A DNA stretch of 51,673 bases, from the IMG/VR virus record IMGVR_UViG_3300023260_000002, positions 1 to 51,673 of that record. One strand, given 5' to 3'. A program made the translations under genes and the position numbers. Source of the DNA: a virus. Its lineage: Duplodnaviria; Caudoviricetes. Numbering within the stretch: position 1 is the first letter of the stretch; the number at the start of each line of letters is the position of its first letter. Of the stretch, positions 1 to 9,660 are shown one piece after another. Under the pieces are notes generated by a model. It was not told the DNA's origin, made no database searches, and saw nothing but the letters and a program-made list of their open reading frames with translations.

Positions 1-138
1 CCGGCTGTTATTGCATTCACGTTTATATTTGTAGTGTTGTGATTGAAGTGGCCGCCTTGTACAGTTAAGTGGCCGTTATTCGATCCTGTGTCAACTAGTA
101 AGCCAGTGGTTCCACCTGTACCTGAACATCCTTGCAGA
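1..138. repeat. Terminal direct repeat (circular assembly overlap), copy 1
   Basis: Identical to 51536-51673 except position 100 (a) vs 51635 (c). Confidence 0.97.
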
Positions 139-809
139 GTTAGATTTCCAGCAGCAAGCTTCCATCCTGTCAAATTACCAGAAGCTCCACATGCTGTAAA
201 TGTGCAATACTCACCAGTAGCAAGAACGTTAAATCCTATTCCGTTACACAACGTAGCCCGGCAATCGGTAATTTCATTCAGTGGGTACGGTGTGGTATTA
301 CTTGCGGCTCCTATTTGTAATCCAGCGACATTAAAACTGGTTAAATTACAATTTCGTATCTTAAATCCAGCTACGGCAGTAGTAGCTAATCCAATTTGGG
401 CGGCACCGGTATTGTTTCCAACGAAACTTATACCTTCAAACTCGGATCCATTTGCAGCGGATGAGGATATCACCCAACCAGTAATATTAGTTGAAACATT
501 CAACCTAGTGCCTCTGCCATAAACCTTTAGGTTCTTCGTCTGTGTGATCTGAGTGTCTATACGCACATCACCTTGACCGAAATACAACACATCACCAGCT
601 GTTGCTGCTGTAATGGCGGCAGCTATAACGGTGCTTTGGCTAGACGCTAATCCATATTCTACAGGAACTCGATTTATTTTATTAACCTCGAAGCCAAGAG
701 TACTTAATAATACACCTGGATCACCTGATCCACTGATTGGCATTCGCTCTAATAATGTGGGGGATAGGGTAGATACTAAATTTAAACTACCTACTGCTAT
801 ATTTGCCAT
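1..809 (-). CDS. Tail spike / parallel beta-helix (pectate-lyase-like) protein, 5' part; continues across the junction to 51295 (349 aa total)
   Basis: ATG at 809 (MANIAVGSLNLVSTLSP...), AAITAATAGDVLYFGQG motif typical of beta-helix N-termini, G/N/T-rich; frame stays open to the window edge and is in frame with ORF 51295..51555. Absent from the ORF track. Confidence 0.75.
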   Translation of the reverse strand, partial: MANIAVGSLNLVSTLSPTLLERMPISGSGDPGVLLSTLGFEVNKINRVPVEYGLASSQSTVIAAAITAATAGDVLYFGQGDVRIDTQITQTKNLKVYGRGTRLNVSTNITGWVISSSAANGSEFEGISFVGNNTGAAQIGLATTAVAGFKIRNCNLTSFNVAGLQIGAASNTTPYPLNEITDCRATLCNGIGFNVLATGEYCTFTACGASGNLTGWKLAAGNLTLQGCSGTGGTTGLLVDTGSNNGHLTVQGGHFNHNTTNINVNAITA

Positions 810-815
810 AATTTT

Positions 816-2150
816 TTATCCGGTTATGATTGTGTTTAGGTCATCTGTTGTAAGAGGGTTTCCACTGTCGGTAGTGATATTTTTTGCAGTAATAGTCACA
901 GCAGCGATTGCATTTCTGTAAGTATCTCGCATGGTTTTTATTGAAGCCGCCAGAGACTCCATATTGCCACCAAAAATGAACATCACCAATTTTCGTGTGC
1001 TTATGTTTGCTATGGTACCGGCAGCGTTAACCTCAGCCATTAAAACCATACCCCTATCAGGTAATGCTCCAGATCCAGCATTAGATACATCTGCCAGAAC
1101 TCCATCGATATAGTATTTGTGACCCGCTGCGCTTGATGCACTTCTGTTTTGATGGAATAGCCCTACTGAAGTAGAGACTACTGCAAGTGTAGATGTACTG
1201 GCACTATTCAAACATATTTGAGAAGTGCTTCCGGCATCCTTCGTCATGTTACGGATTCTCTTTGTGCTCACCGCGTCTGAGTGTGAGCATCCGTAATCAA
1301 TCTGTGTCGTACTAGCGACGTTTGTTTCTGATTCATGTATAGCCGACGCAGCATCTAAGGTAAAGTTTACTCCATTGGTAGCTGGTATCCATCCTGTAAG
1401 AAGATAACCGGTGCCTGCCGTGTAACCAGTTCCCCTTGTAAATGGAAGTGTGCCACCAACGGTGCAGTTAAAACTTCCTGGTGTTTTCCAGTTAGACTTA
1501 AAATAATTAATATCTCCATATATTGACAATGGATAAAACAAATCAGACAATTGCCAAATACCTTTTGCTTTTGCATCTATAACTAAATCATTTTCTACTG
1601 ATCTATACTCTGCAATAGGGATAGAATTTCCGTTATCAAAATGCCATCCTATGTGAGCGGCATAATCTGAATCGTAAGTTTTGTTTATTGAATCCGTTAT
1701 TGTGTTCAGTAAAATAGTAGAAATATCACCATCGGCATTTGTAATAGATGAAGAGGATGAAGGCTGAACAGTTACCAACTCTACACCAGAAGCCGTTCCG
1801 GATATAGTTATGTTAACCCTTATAATTAATTCACCTCCTGATAAATCTGTATTAGAGGTGTTCTTTACTGATGCTATTGTTACATTAGTTGCCGTTCCTC
1901 CATTTTGATTGAATGTTAACTGCAAGTCTGAAGCTTTAACTCCTCCATTATCAGAAGAAGAGTAAACGCCTGAATCAAAATACAAAAGTATAAACCTGTT
2001 TGCAGGATCAGTATTATACCCAACCAAATATAAAGACTCTCCTGTTACTCCTGAGCCTTGATTAAACCAGTTTATACCCATAGCACTTTTCCACCAGTCT
2101 GTGCGAGGGTGACTACATGGATTAGATTTTGTTCCGCAACGTCTAGCCAT
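816..2150 (-). CDS. Putative tail fibre / receptor-binding virion protein with C-terminal beta-sandwich (ConA/LamG-like) domain
   Basis: S/T/G-rich 444 aa ORF after the neck genes; C-terminal half resembles 12176..13036. Confidence 0.55.
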   Translation of the reverse strand: MARRCGTKSNPCSHPRTDWWKSAMGINWFNQGSGVTGESLYLVGYNTDPANRFILLYFDSGVYSSSDNGGVKASDLQLTFNQNGGTATNVTIASVKNTSNTDLSGGELIIRVNITISGTASGVELVTVQPSSSSSITNADGDISTILLNTITDSINKTYDSDYAAHIGWHFDNGNSIPIAEYRSVENDLVIDAKAKGIWQLSDLFYPLSIYGDINYFKSNWKTPGSFNCTVGGTLPFTRGTGYTAGTGYLLTGWIPATNGVNFTLDAASAIHESETNVASTTQIDYGCSHSDAVSTKRIRNMTKDAGSTSQICLNSASTSTLAVVSTSVGLFHQNRSASSAAGHKYYIDGVLADVSNAGSGALPDRGMVLMAEVNAAGTIANISTRKLVMFIFGGNMESLAASIKTMRDTYRNAIAAVTITAKNITTDSGNPLTTDDLNTIITG

Positions 2151-2151
2151 A

Positions 2152-2709
2152 TTAAGGACTGGTTTCTATTGGACAAAGAATAAATTCAACACTTAAAGCA
2201 ACAGCGTAAATATTCCAGTTGAACCTATGCTTTTCATAAACTGTGTTTCCGAGTTCAGTTCTGTAAATCGCTTCATGATCCGAGTCTACTTCTATGTTTC
2301 GGTTAATGAAAACAAATTCATATCCATCGATTACAAACCGATCTGGAATATCGCGCACTAACTGAATTATGAAGTTTTCTCCTAACTCAACTTTATGGGC
2401 AATGATCCATCGAAGTGTAGCTCCTTGTCGTCTACCGTCTTTTATTCCCCACTGATCATCTTCATTTTCTACTATTCCGATGCTACCAGGTAATCGAATC
2501 CAAGTTATCAAGTCGTACCGATCATCCAGAGCTATCTGATTTGTGCCCCTATCTGCAACGCCATCTATGATCTTTACGGGCATAGGTTGCTCTCCTGGAG
2601 GTGTGCCAGTAGTTTTACGCATTAACTCACAGTAACCCCAAAGCTTTTTATTAGCCGATGGATACCGTAATGCAGTCCAATCGTCAATCTTTTCAATGAT
2701 TTCTATCAT
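2152..2709 (-). CDS. Putative tail terminator / neck protein
   Basis: 185 aa, last of the head-tail joining genes; position-based. Confidence 0.45.
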   Translation of the reverse strand: MIEIIEKIDDWTALRYPSANKKLWGYCELMRKTTGTPPGEQPMPVKIIDGVADRGTNQIALDDRYDLITWIRLPGSIGIVENEDDQWGIKDGRRQGATLRWIIAHKVELGENFIIQLVRDIPDRFVIDGYEFVFINRNIEVDSDHEAIYRTELGNTVYEKHRFNWNIYAVALSVEFILCPIETSP

Positions 2710-3182
2710 AACAGTTTTTCAACCTCTGCTTTATGAACATCCCCTAAAAGATCAAGTTCCTGTTCTGTAAGATCAAACACATCCTTCTCGTATTTATCCT
2801 GAAGCCATTGAGACTTGTTATAATTCTGTTCATTCTGAAACCCGAATCCGAATTCTGTTCCATTCTGAATTATGCCGTAATCCATCGACATTTGATCCGT
2901 GTTTCTGAAGTTTACATCGCCACCTTTACCGATTGCGTCTTTGTATTCTTTGTATCCACCTTTGAAATATGTCTTTCCTGTATTTCGCGCTTGGTTCTTC
3001 TTAGAAATAGAAATAGGGTTAGTGGAGTATGTCCCAATTTTTGATTTATTTGAATCCTGCCCTGATTGAAATATGCGCGGCTTATGAATGGCTAAAACTG
3101 AAGTCAGGGCAATGCGCATGGCTTTCTCAGACTTTACAGCCTTATTGACTCGATCAATCAGGTCTAAAATCTCTTTTGCCAT
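2706..3182 (-). CDS. Putative neck / tail completion protein
   Basis: Likely start MAKEILDL at 3182; RIFQSGQD...IGTYS, GGYKEYK and VNFRNTDQM motifs resemble phage virion morphogenesis proteins. Confidence 0.55.
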   Translation of the reverse strand: MAKEILDLIDRVNKAVKSEKAMRIALTSVLAIHKPRIFQSGQDSNKSKIGTYSTNPISISKKNQARNTGKTYFKGGYKEYKDAIGKGGDVNFRNTDQMSMDYGIIQNGTEFGFGFQNEQNYNKSQWLQDKYEKDVFDLTEQELDLLGDVHKAEVEKLL

Positions 3183-3186
3183 TAGA

Positions 3187-3231
3187 TCAGCATTTACAGC
3201 CTTTTTTCTTACTTCCTTTTTTCTTTCCCAT
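3187..3231 (-). CDS. 14-aa basic micro-ORF MGKKKGSKKKGCKC
   Basis: ATG directly follows the TAA of the upstream gene and its TGA ends 4 nt before the next ATG; fills the gap exactly. Confidence 0.45.
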   Translation of the reverse strand: MGKKKGSKKKGCKC

Positions 3232-4191
3232 TTACGGTAAAATTGTTTTTGACATTGCAACAGTTTTGCATCTGAAACAAATAGGGTCTTCTACGATGTT
3301 CTGACTCTTTATAGCCTCTGAAATGTTCTGTGTGTACTTTGTTCCGAAATATCCACTACGCTCTTCTGCACGCTCTGAGGTCATTGTGGTGAACCGGTTC
3401 AGACGGTTCCCTAGTAATTGTTCATCTGCAAGTTCAGCTCCAATACGGTACCAATAAGCAGTTTTGAACAGATTTATATTTTGGCAAGCGAATTTGTCGA
3501 TAGAGCAAACAACCGCATAATTTACATTTAGCCCTCCCCCGTTTATCTGGGTGACTGTTCCGGTGTAAATACCGTCATAAGAACAAGAAAACTCACAAAT
3601 GGTTTTGCTCCAATTGATATATGGAGAATTGTCGTAGTGCTTGTTTTCCGTTTCACGTAGTTGAATTTCTTCCGGATTGAAGGCGATAAATAAGGCATCG
3701 GCCTCAAATTCTCGGTTTAGATAGATCGTATTTCTACCAGCTATCAGGGTTTGGCCGCCTTCGTAAAGAACTTCACCATTTTCGTCTGTATCATAGATAG
3801 TGAATGAGGCTTCTGGGCTATCGTATGCCTGCTGTGCAAATACTTCGAAGCTTACAATGTGGATTTTAGCGTACCTTGGTAATTCAAACTCGATTTTTAC
3901 CCCTGCTAAACCGGTTGATCCGTTCACATTGTCTTTAAAATCGGATGTTACACGTGAAACAATTTTGGAATCAACGAAGAATTTGTTCTGTAGGGCTATT
4001 GAAATATCCGATACCATGTTTGTCCATGCCCGGTTTGTGATCATATCCCATAACTCCAAGTAACTATCCTGGTCTTCTTTTGTCAGACCTTGTAACATGG
4101 AAATTTCAACTCCGGGCAGGTCAGATCCGTAAAGACCCGACCTACTCGTAATTGAACGATCAATTTCGATATATCCGTCAAAGCAAGGCAA
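3232..4191 (-). CDS. Putative head-tail adaptor / head completion protein
   Basis: 319 aa immediately after the capsid gene, with an internal beta-rich segment; position-based. Confidence 0.5.
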   Translation of the reverse strand: MPCFDGYIEIDRSITSRSGLYGSDLPGVEISMLQGLTKEDQDSYLELWDMITNRAWTNMVSDISIALQNKFFVDSKIVSRVTSDFKDNVNGSTGLAGVKIEFELPRYAKIHIVSFEVFAQQAYDSPEASFTIYDTDENGEVLYEGGQTLIAGRNTIYLNREFEADALFIAFNPEEIQLRETENKHYDNSPYINWSKTICEFSCSYDGIYTGTVTQINGGGLNVNYAVVCSIDKFACQNINLFKTAYWYRIGAELADEQLLGNRLNRFTTMTSERAEERSGYFGTKYTQNISEAIKSQNIVEDPICFRCKTVAMSKTILP

Positions 4192-4202
4192 AATGCTTCG
4201 AA

Positions 4203-5465
4203 TTAAATAGCCGTGGCTGTATATCCAAACAGGCCCAACATGCCATCCAGTTCGTCATTACAATCAGGAGACGTATCAGGCGAAGTGTCTTCACCGTCTG
4301 CGCTGAAGGAATCTGCCTGGAATACGTTGAATGTTCCCCAGGTCAAGCTCAATTGAGATTTCCAGATCTTATCACAATCGAAATAGAAGTCTAAGTTCCA
4401 ATCAAAAGGATAAAGCGGATCGGGAATTACAATGTGCTGGCGGGTTCCATCGCTGATATTGATGTTCCTGTTTTCGTTGAAAGTCAACAGATGCACGGCC
4501 CGGTAAGCGGCCATGATGAAGTTTGTAGACCTTGTTGCTGCAGCTCCAGAAGTTCCGAGAACCTCATTAGCGGCCTGATCCAGGTAGTAACGAACATCAC
4601 CTTCCATGTTTGCTTCTCCGTAAGGAGTTGTCGCGTTGCAACATGACATATCATGCAGCTTCATGAACATAGAAAGGTTTCCTTCACCGATCACTGCCGG
4701 AACGCCGGTTAATTGGTTGTTGCTGTAATCCATGAGAATTTCAGCCCAGTTGCCTGGCAGCGGAACGCGCTGACCTCCGGTGGTGGCAAGCAATTGAATA
4801 GGCTTGTACTGACCTGCCGCGGTGCTTGATCCGTCCCATTCCTGGTTTACACCAATCTGGTTGTCAAGCTCGGCAAGGATTTGTTCAGAGAAAGCCTCGT
4901 GGGCCGCCCGAATATCATTCATCTGACGGTCTTTCATGAATTCCAGGGTGCCTTTACAAAGGGCTACCATGTCGTTGTTGTCGTACTGCCGGATAGGCGT
5001 TTTCAAGCAATTCGAAATCACTTTCGTGAACTGCTTACGTACCGGGGTAGATCCAGGACTATCGCAAATATTGCCATCAGCACAATTTGTTATGATCTGA
5101 CAAGGTTTGGTTCTTTGATCGTACAGCACTTTAAGCCTGGCGATCTTTTTACCCTGGTCGTATGAATCGAGTGTTGCATCTACACCACCATTCTCAGGTG
5201 ATGTGATAAAGTCAAGAGCACCGGTTTTTCTTTTCAGGTTATAAGCGTAGTTATCAGTTCCGATAATGCTTTCAGCTTCCTTACGGATGTTTTCGCAGGC
5301 TCCAACTATATCAATGTTGAAGAAGGCATAAGCGTATTCACCTTTAGCTGGGTAACAGAATGCAAGGCCGATAAAAGATACAAGGCCGGTAAAAGGGTTA
5401 AGAGTACAGATAGAATACACCAACCCGACCACAAAAAATATGGTTAGTTTGTTTTTAAAAGACAT
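4203..5465 (-). CDS. Putative major capsid protein with hydrophobic N-terminal extension
   Basis: 420 aa, follows scaffold-like ORF and precedes neck genes; size fits an HK97-fold MCP. Confidence 0.7.
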   Translation of the reverse strand: MSFKNKLTIFFVVGLVYSICTLNPFTGLVSFIGLAFCYPAKGEYAYAFFNIDIVGACENIRKEAESIIGTDNYAYNLKRKTGALDFITSPENGGVDATLDSYDQGKKIARLKVLYDQRTKPCQIITNCADGNICDSPGSTPVRKQFTKVISNCLKTPIRQYDNNDMVALCKGTLEFMKDRQMNDIRAAHEAFSEQILAELDNQIGVNQEWDGSSTAAGQYKPIQLLATTGGQRVPLPGNWAEILMDYSNNQLTGVPAVIGEGNLSMFMKLHDMSCCNATTPYGEANMEGDVRYYLDQAANEVLGTSGAAATRSTNFIMAAYRAVHLLTFNENRNINISDGTRQHIVIPDPLYPFDWNLDFYFDCDKIWKSQLSLTWGTFNVFQADSFSADGEDTSPDTSPDCNDELDGMLGLFGYTATAI

Positions 5466-5480
5466 TTTGAATTAAAGAAT

Positions 5481-6362
5481 TTATTGAACCGTGGTTCTCC
5501 TTCCCTGGCGGATTGTTGTTTTACCGTCTGGAACTTTAAACCGTTTGGTCACCTGGTCATCGGAATCGTCATCCTTATCATCGTCACCGGTATTGTTGGC
5601 TTTGATGTAAGGTTTGAATTCTTCTTCCAGCAGTTGGCTGATTGTTACGGCAGAATTGCCATTGAATCTCGGCTTGCCCTCTGAATCTATTACTAGAATA
5701 TCGGGATCTTGCCCATCTTTCTCGACAAGTTGCAGAGCTTTGGAAGCGATCAACTTATCCAATTTTCCTTTTGTAATGTCTTTGCGAACGACTTCATCCG
5801 CATAAGCTTTTCCAAACTTAATACTATTGGCGCGTTTTTCCAATTCAGTGCGGAGTCGGTAGCCGTTTATTTTTTGTTCTGATTCTTTCTGCCAATGCTT
5901 CTCCCGGTTAGCGTTTTCAGTGTTAATGCTTTCGATCTTGCCTATTAACTCCTGAACGTTGTCCTTTGTCTTCTTCAGTTCCTTCTTTGTTTCTTCGTCT
6001 GTTGCTGGGGATGCTTTAATTTTATTCAAAAGCTCAGGAAGATAAGCGGTGATGGCGGCTGATTTCTCGTAAGTGCTTCCGATCTTGTCGATCTCAGAGG
6101 CTTTGAATTTGTCAACTCCGTCAATTACTGTCAAAATCTTTTTAAAGTCGTTGTCCAGCGGATCAAGGAATTCGCGCTTTAATTTGGAATGAACTGTTTT
6201 GTCAGTTGCAGCGCGGTCAATGGTGAGGAATGCAGCTTCGAATCCTTCAATCGCTTTATCAGGGAATTCAAAGTCCGGGAGCGTTTCAATGGCGGCTAAG
6301 AATTCAGCCTGGGTGATTTTACCGTCTGTCTTCAGCTTGGTAAAGAAGTCTTTTAATTTCAT
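5481..6362 (-). CDS. Putative capsid scaffolding protein
   Basis: K/E-rich coiled-coil, acidic low-complexity C-terminus, directly upstream of the MCP. Confidence 0.65.
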   Translation of the reverse strand: MKLKDFFTKLKTDGKITQAEFLAAIETLPDFEFPDKAIEGFEAAFLTIDRAATDKTVHSKLKREFLDPLDNDFKKILTVIDGVDKFKASEIDKIGSTYEKSAAITAYLPELLNKIKASPATDEETKKELKKTKDNVQELIGKIESINTENANREKHWQKESEQKINGYRLRTELEKRANSIKFGKAYADEVVRKDITKGKLDKLIASKALQLVEKDGQDPDILVIDSEGKPRFNGNSAVTISQLLEEEFKPYIKANNTGDDDKDDDSDDQVTKRFKVPDGKTTIRQGRRTTVQ

Positions 6363-6730
6363 TGTTCATTTTCATCTGAATTTGATGAAATAGATTTTTC
6401 GGTTTTAGGAGCTGCTAGATTTTTAGGCTTTGGCCCTGGTTTACGCCTCTCCTTAACAGGCTCCGATTGTTCTGCTTGTTCTTCCTGTTCAGTATCAGAA
6501 GTAACTACAGGCGCCACTAATTGAGTTCTAACCACCACAGGACCGGCACTTTTTACGCTTCTTGAGACTTGTTGTACTTGTGGTGTATTCCGGTTTGGGC
6601 TTCCTACATCCTGCCCATTTTCATCGACGAAGCCTAATTTTTCATAGACTTTCGGACCCATAGCGGCGTAGGCCTTCTGTGTAACGGTGCGTTCAACTCC
6701 CGTTTTTCTGTCTCTTACTTTAACAAGCAT
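6359..6730 (-). CDS. Hypothetical protein, disordered, with RRKPGPKPK basic motif
   Basis: 123 aa ORF coupled (ATGA overlap) to the scaffold gene. Confidence 0.6.
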   Translation of the reverse strand: MLVKVRDRKTGVERTVTQKAYAAMGPKVYEKLGFVDENGQDVGSPNRNTPQVQQVSRSVKSAGPVVVRTQLVAPVVTSDTEQEEQAEQSEPVKERRKPGPKPKNLAAPKTEKSISSNSDENEQ

Positions 6731-6782
6731 AATTGTAATTGTTGTTTTGTAATTAATTGTTCATACAATTATAGCAATTACA

Positions 6783-6813
6783 TTGTAATTAATCAACTAA
6801 ACAATTAGTTTTG
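6783..6813 (+). promoter_or_regulatory. Bacteroidota-type promoter (TTG-N20-TAGTTTTG), antisense to the late operon
   Basis: TAnnTTTG box at 6806-6813, TTG at 6783-6785. Confidence 0.45.
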
Positions 6814-6854
6814 ATAATGCATGGCTGAAGCAATACATGCCATGAAGGAATTCG

Positions 6855-6897
6855 GCCCTCTATTCTTGTTGCCAACGGTGAGTAGAGGGCTTTTTTA
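6855..6897 (+). terminator. Intrinsic terminator
   Basis: gccctcta...tagagggc stem (extended by G-U pairs on the + strand only) followed by T7. Confidence 0.7.
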
Positions 6898-7818
6898 TGC
6901 TGCTTTCTTATAATATCCTGCCTGAATTGCCCTATCAATTACATCTTTAGGAACAATTAATACCGATACCGGGATAATTGAATGTTTACAATTGTGTCCA
7001 CCCGCAAATGTGAATATCGAACTTTTGGTTGTTAGAGAGTTCTTTCCTGCCCATTCATCATCTGCCCATGATTCAATTTCTTTCCTGTGATAGTAATTAC
7101 CGGTTCTTTTAATGCAGAATTCCCGGGAGCCGCCTGAGCCCTTTCCTTTCCCTGATTTACCTTTATCAGTTCCGGTTAATCCACCAGAGTATAGATAGAA
7201 TTCAAGGCCCAGATCGGCGGTTACCGACTCCTGCCACGATCTGGAGTAATTGAAAAGAGTATCAGCGGTGTAAGTAGTCGTATACCTTAAGAGTCTACCA
7301 TCAACCTCATCAGTGCCTTTAATAAAGGTTTTTAGCTGATCCTGGAACCCGGAAAAGAATCCACCTGAATTTATATTCTGATTTAGAATTGCGTTGAGCG
7401 GTGTCTTTACGTTCGCGATTACTCCGTCATTCAGCAAACTTGTGCTTACATCTTTGATTACCTGCTTTTGCAAATCGGTTACAAATACCCGGTTAGCAGA
7501 GAATTTATCGGCTACTGTCTTAAAGTACTCCGAGTTGATTGCATCCAGTTTTGGAATTACTCTTAAATGAGATTCAACTGCCGCTTGATACGGTCCTTTA
7601 CCTATAATTTCATCGAATGTGTTTTGAGATTCCCGAAGAATTACCCGGTTAGCTGCCGACTGTTTTATATAGCCTTCCGCGTCTAATTCTAAACCCTTCA
7701 GTATTCCGATTATTTGGTTGTAAAGAGATCCCTGAACATTTGCCATTGATGCCGCAAACTTGATATTGTTGGCGACTATCAGTCTTTCTATTTCTGCCGC
7801 TAGTTCCTCCGGTGTCAT
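6895..7818 (-). CDS. Minor capsid / head morphogenesis protein
   Basis: Follows the portal; YLYSGG...SREFC and GGHNCKHSIIPV C-terminal motif of phage minor capsid/MuF-like proteins. Confidence 0.75.
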   Translation of the reverse strand: MTPEELAAEIERLIVANNIKFAASMANVQGSLYNQIIGILKGLELDAEGYIKQSAANRVILRESQNTFDEIIGKGPYQAAVESHLRVIPKLDAINSEYFKTVADKFSANRVFVTDLQKQVIKDVSTSLLNDGVIANVKTPLNAILNQNINSGGFFSGFQDQLKTFIKGTDEVDGRLLRYTTTYTADTLFNYSRSWQESVTADLGLEFYLYSGGLTGTDKGKSGKGKGSGGSREFCIKRTGNYYHRKEIESWADDEWAGKNSLTTKSSIFTFAGGHNCKHSIIPVSVLIVPKDVIDRAIQAGYYKKAA

Positions 7819-9632
7819 GCTGCATTTTGTTGCTGATCAAAGCTCAGGGTCATTGCAGCCTCGTCAATTCTGGGTTTTTCGGCTTCGATAAGTTCCGTAG
7901 CGAATACATCAAGAACGGCAATTTGCGCCTGTTTATCTTTTGCCAAAAATGCTTTATCTGCTGCCATAGCCTTATCAATGAAGGCTTTTATATTGTCGTG
8001 TATTGCCCAATCTGTTTTCTTAATTACTCCTTTGCTTACCCCAAGATCAATTTCGTCAACAGTGAAGGCATATAAAGGATCTAATTCCAGGATTGCAATA
8101 CGGTAATTTTTCATGTCAGGAGTAGATCCTGTTTCTGACTTAATAATGTTTATTGCCTGTGTGCGAAGCATATTTCGGTCAAGTCCGGCAGTCTTTGACA
8201 CGTTATAGTTATAGATCAACTCAGCACTTGTAAGCAGTTCAAAATGTGTTGGTTTATTAACTTCCGGAAGAAATTTCTGGTCACCTTCCCTATTAGTGGA
8301 ATCTGCCTTAACTGAGTTCATATACATGTTCATGAAATAGAACTCGTTATTCGTGTGAACATCGAATACACGGGAAATGATATCGAATATCGTATCGTTC
8401 TGCGCGGTACGATCAATCGCTTTAGCTTCACCTGACTGGTTAGCCCCTACCTTTTCTTCTATATCCATGTTGATTGCCGACAAGGCTTTCTTCTGCATCT
8501 TGTCGGTATATTCATCAAGGAATTTAGTAGAGTCAATAGGAACGTCAATATAACCCACAGGAGGTAGGTTTAACCCGGTGCCCTCCATAAGCTTCTCTTT
8601 CAGGAATTGATATGTCTGAAGCGGTCCTTTCACTGAAACCAGACCGGTACCGAAGCACTGTGGACATGGCTTATCATAATGAGTGCCTTTTGTTGCGCCA
8701 GGGTAATGTATTTTACCTCCCCTGCAAGAAAGATTTAAGCCTTCATAGTTCTCTCGATAAGCGCATTCCTCCGCTACCTCGTATTTCTGAGGGAAGATGT
8801 GCCCTATAATAGATGCCATCAGATCCGAACCGTGTTTTATGGCCAGGTTCCAATGAGGCAAAGCGGCAGAGAAAAACGACTGATAAAGAATCTTTCCGTT
8901 ATCCAGGTTCTTAGATTCTCCGCCTAAAAACCAGACAGGAATTTTACCACCATTGTGATTGTACGGGGCAATCAATTCACGAATCTCTATAACCTTTTCA
9001 GAGGCATCATACCAAGCTTCAAAATTTAAATACTGCTTTTTATCGTAGTATTCAAACTCGAAAATCTTAGTCTTATCTTCTTCGTATTCCTTAACGCAAA
9101 ACAGATAATGATCCCGGTCGTAATAGAATGCACAAGATGAACCGTATACAACTGTAACAGGTTTTATCTTTTCTGTATCATCATCAGGGATATATTCAGG
9201 TTTTACAGCCACCAAGCCGTTGGCGTCGGCTAGCATCTTTCGAAGTAATACGTCTTTATTGAAGTTTACAATCGAATTACAATTCGGGTAGTATTCAAGC
9301 GCGTATTCCTCCAACTCCTCTCCTTCAGTAGTTTTATCTTTCCATTCGATAGAATACAGACTCGGGTTGAATCCTTTGCAGACTATTTTAATAGCCTTGT
9401 CGGCATCCGCTTTGGTTGTTGGTTCGTGGTTCTCGATACGATACGCTTTTACTTCCTCATCCTCGCGAGGGCGGTTTCTTTCCAGGAGATACAAAGGTTT
9501 GTCTCCGTTAATATGCACGGACATTTCTTTAGCGTGCTCAACGGTTAAGTCGTAAAGGTCATGCCTGAGGCCGTCTTTTATAATAGCCTTTAGCAGTTCA
9601 GCGTATTCCTGTGTACCGTAAATCATTACCAA
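7815..9632 (-). CDS. Portal protein
   Basis: 605 aa; NQSGEAKAIDR motif typical of SPP1-like portals; precedes minor capsid, scaffold and MCP. Confidence 0.75.
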   Translation of the reverse strand: MVMIYGTQEYAELLKAIIKDGLRHDLYDLTVEHAKEMSVHINGDKPLYLLERNRPREDEEVKAYRIENHEPTTKADADKAIKIVCKGFNPSLYSIEWKDKTTEGEELEEYALEYYPNCNSIVNFNKDVLLRKMLADANGLVAVKPEYIPDDDTEKIKPVTVVYGSSCAFYYDRDHYLFCVKEYEEDKTKIFEFEYYDKKQYLNFEAWYDASEKVIEIRELIAPYNHNGGKIPVWFLGGESKNLDNGKILYQSFFSAALPHWNLAIKHGSDLMASIIGHIFPQKYEVAEECAYRENYEGLNLSCRGGKIHYPGATKGTHYDKPCPQCFGTGLVSVKGPLQTYQFLKEKLMEGTGLNLPPVGYIDVPIDSTKFLDEYTDKMQKKALSAINMDIEEKVGANQSGEAKAIDRTAQNDTIFDIISRVFDVHTNNEFYFMNMYMNSVKADSTNREGDQKFLPEVNKPTHFELLTSAELIYNYNVSKTAGLDRNMLRTQAINIIKSETGSTPDMKNYRIAILELDPLYAFTVDEIDLGVSKGVIKKTDWAIHDNIKAFIDKAMAADKAFLAKDKQAQIAVLDVFATELIEAEKPRIDEAAMTLSFDQQQNAA

Positions 9633-9660
9633 AAAGTTAAAAGAATAAGGGAATTAACCC

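Noticed and set aside
43-921. + strand ORFs 43..522 and 613..921
   Set aside because: Antisense shadows of the junction-spanning spike gene and the fibre gene.
6731-6805. AT-rich aattgt/acaatt repeats as a discrete repeat element
   Set aside because: Low complexity; could be operator or promoter sequence but cannot be distinguished from chance by eye.
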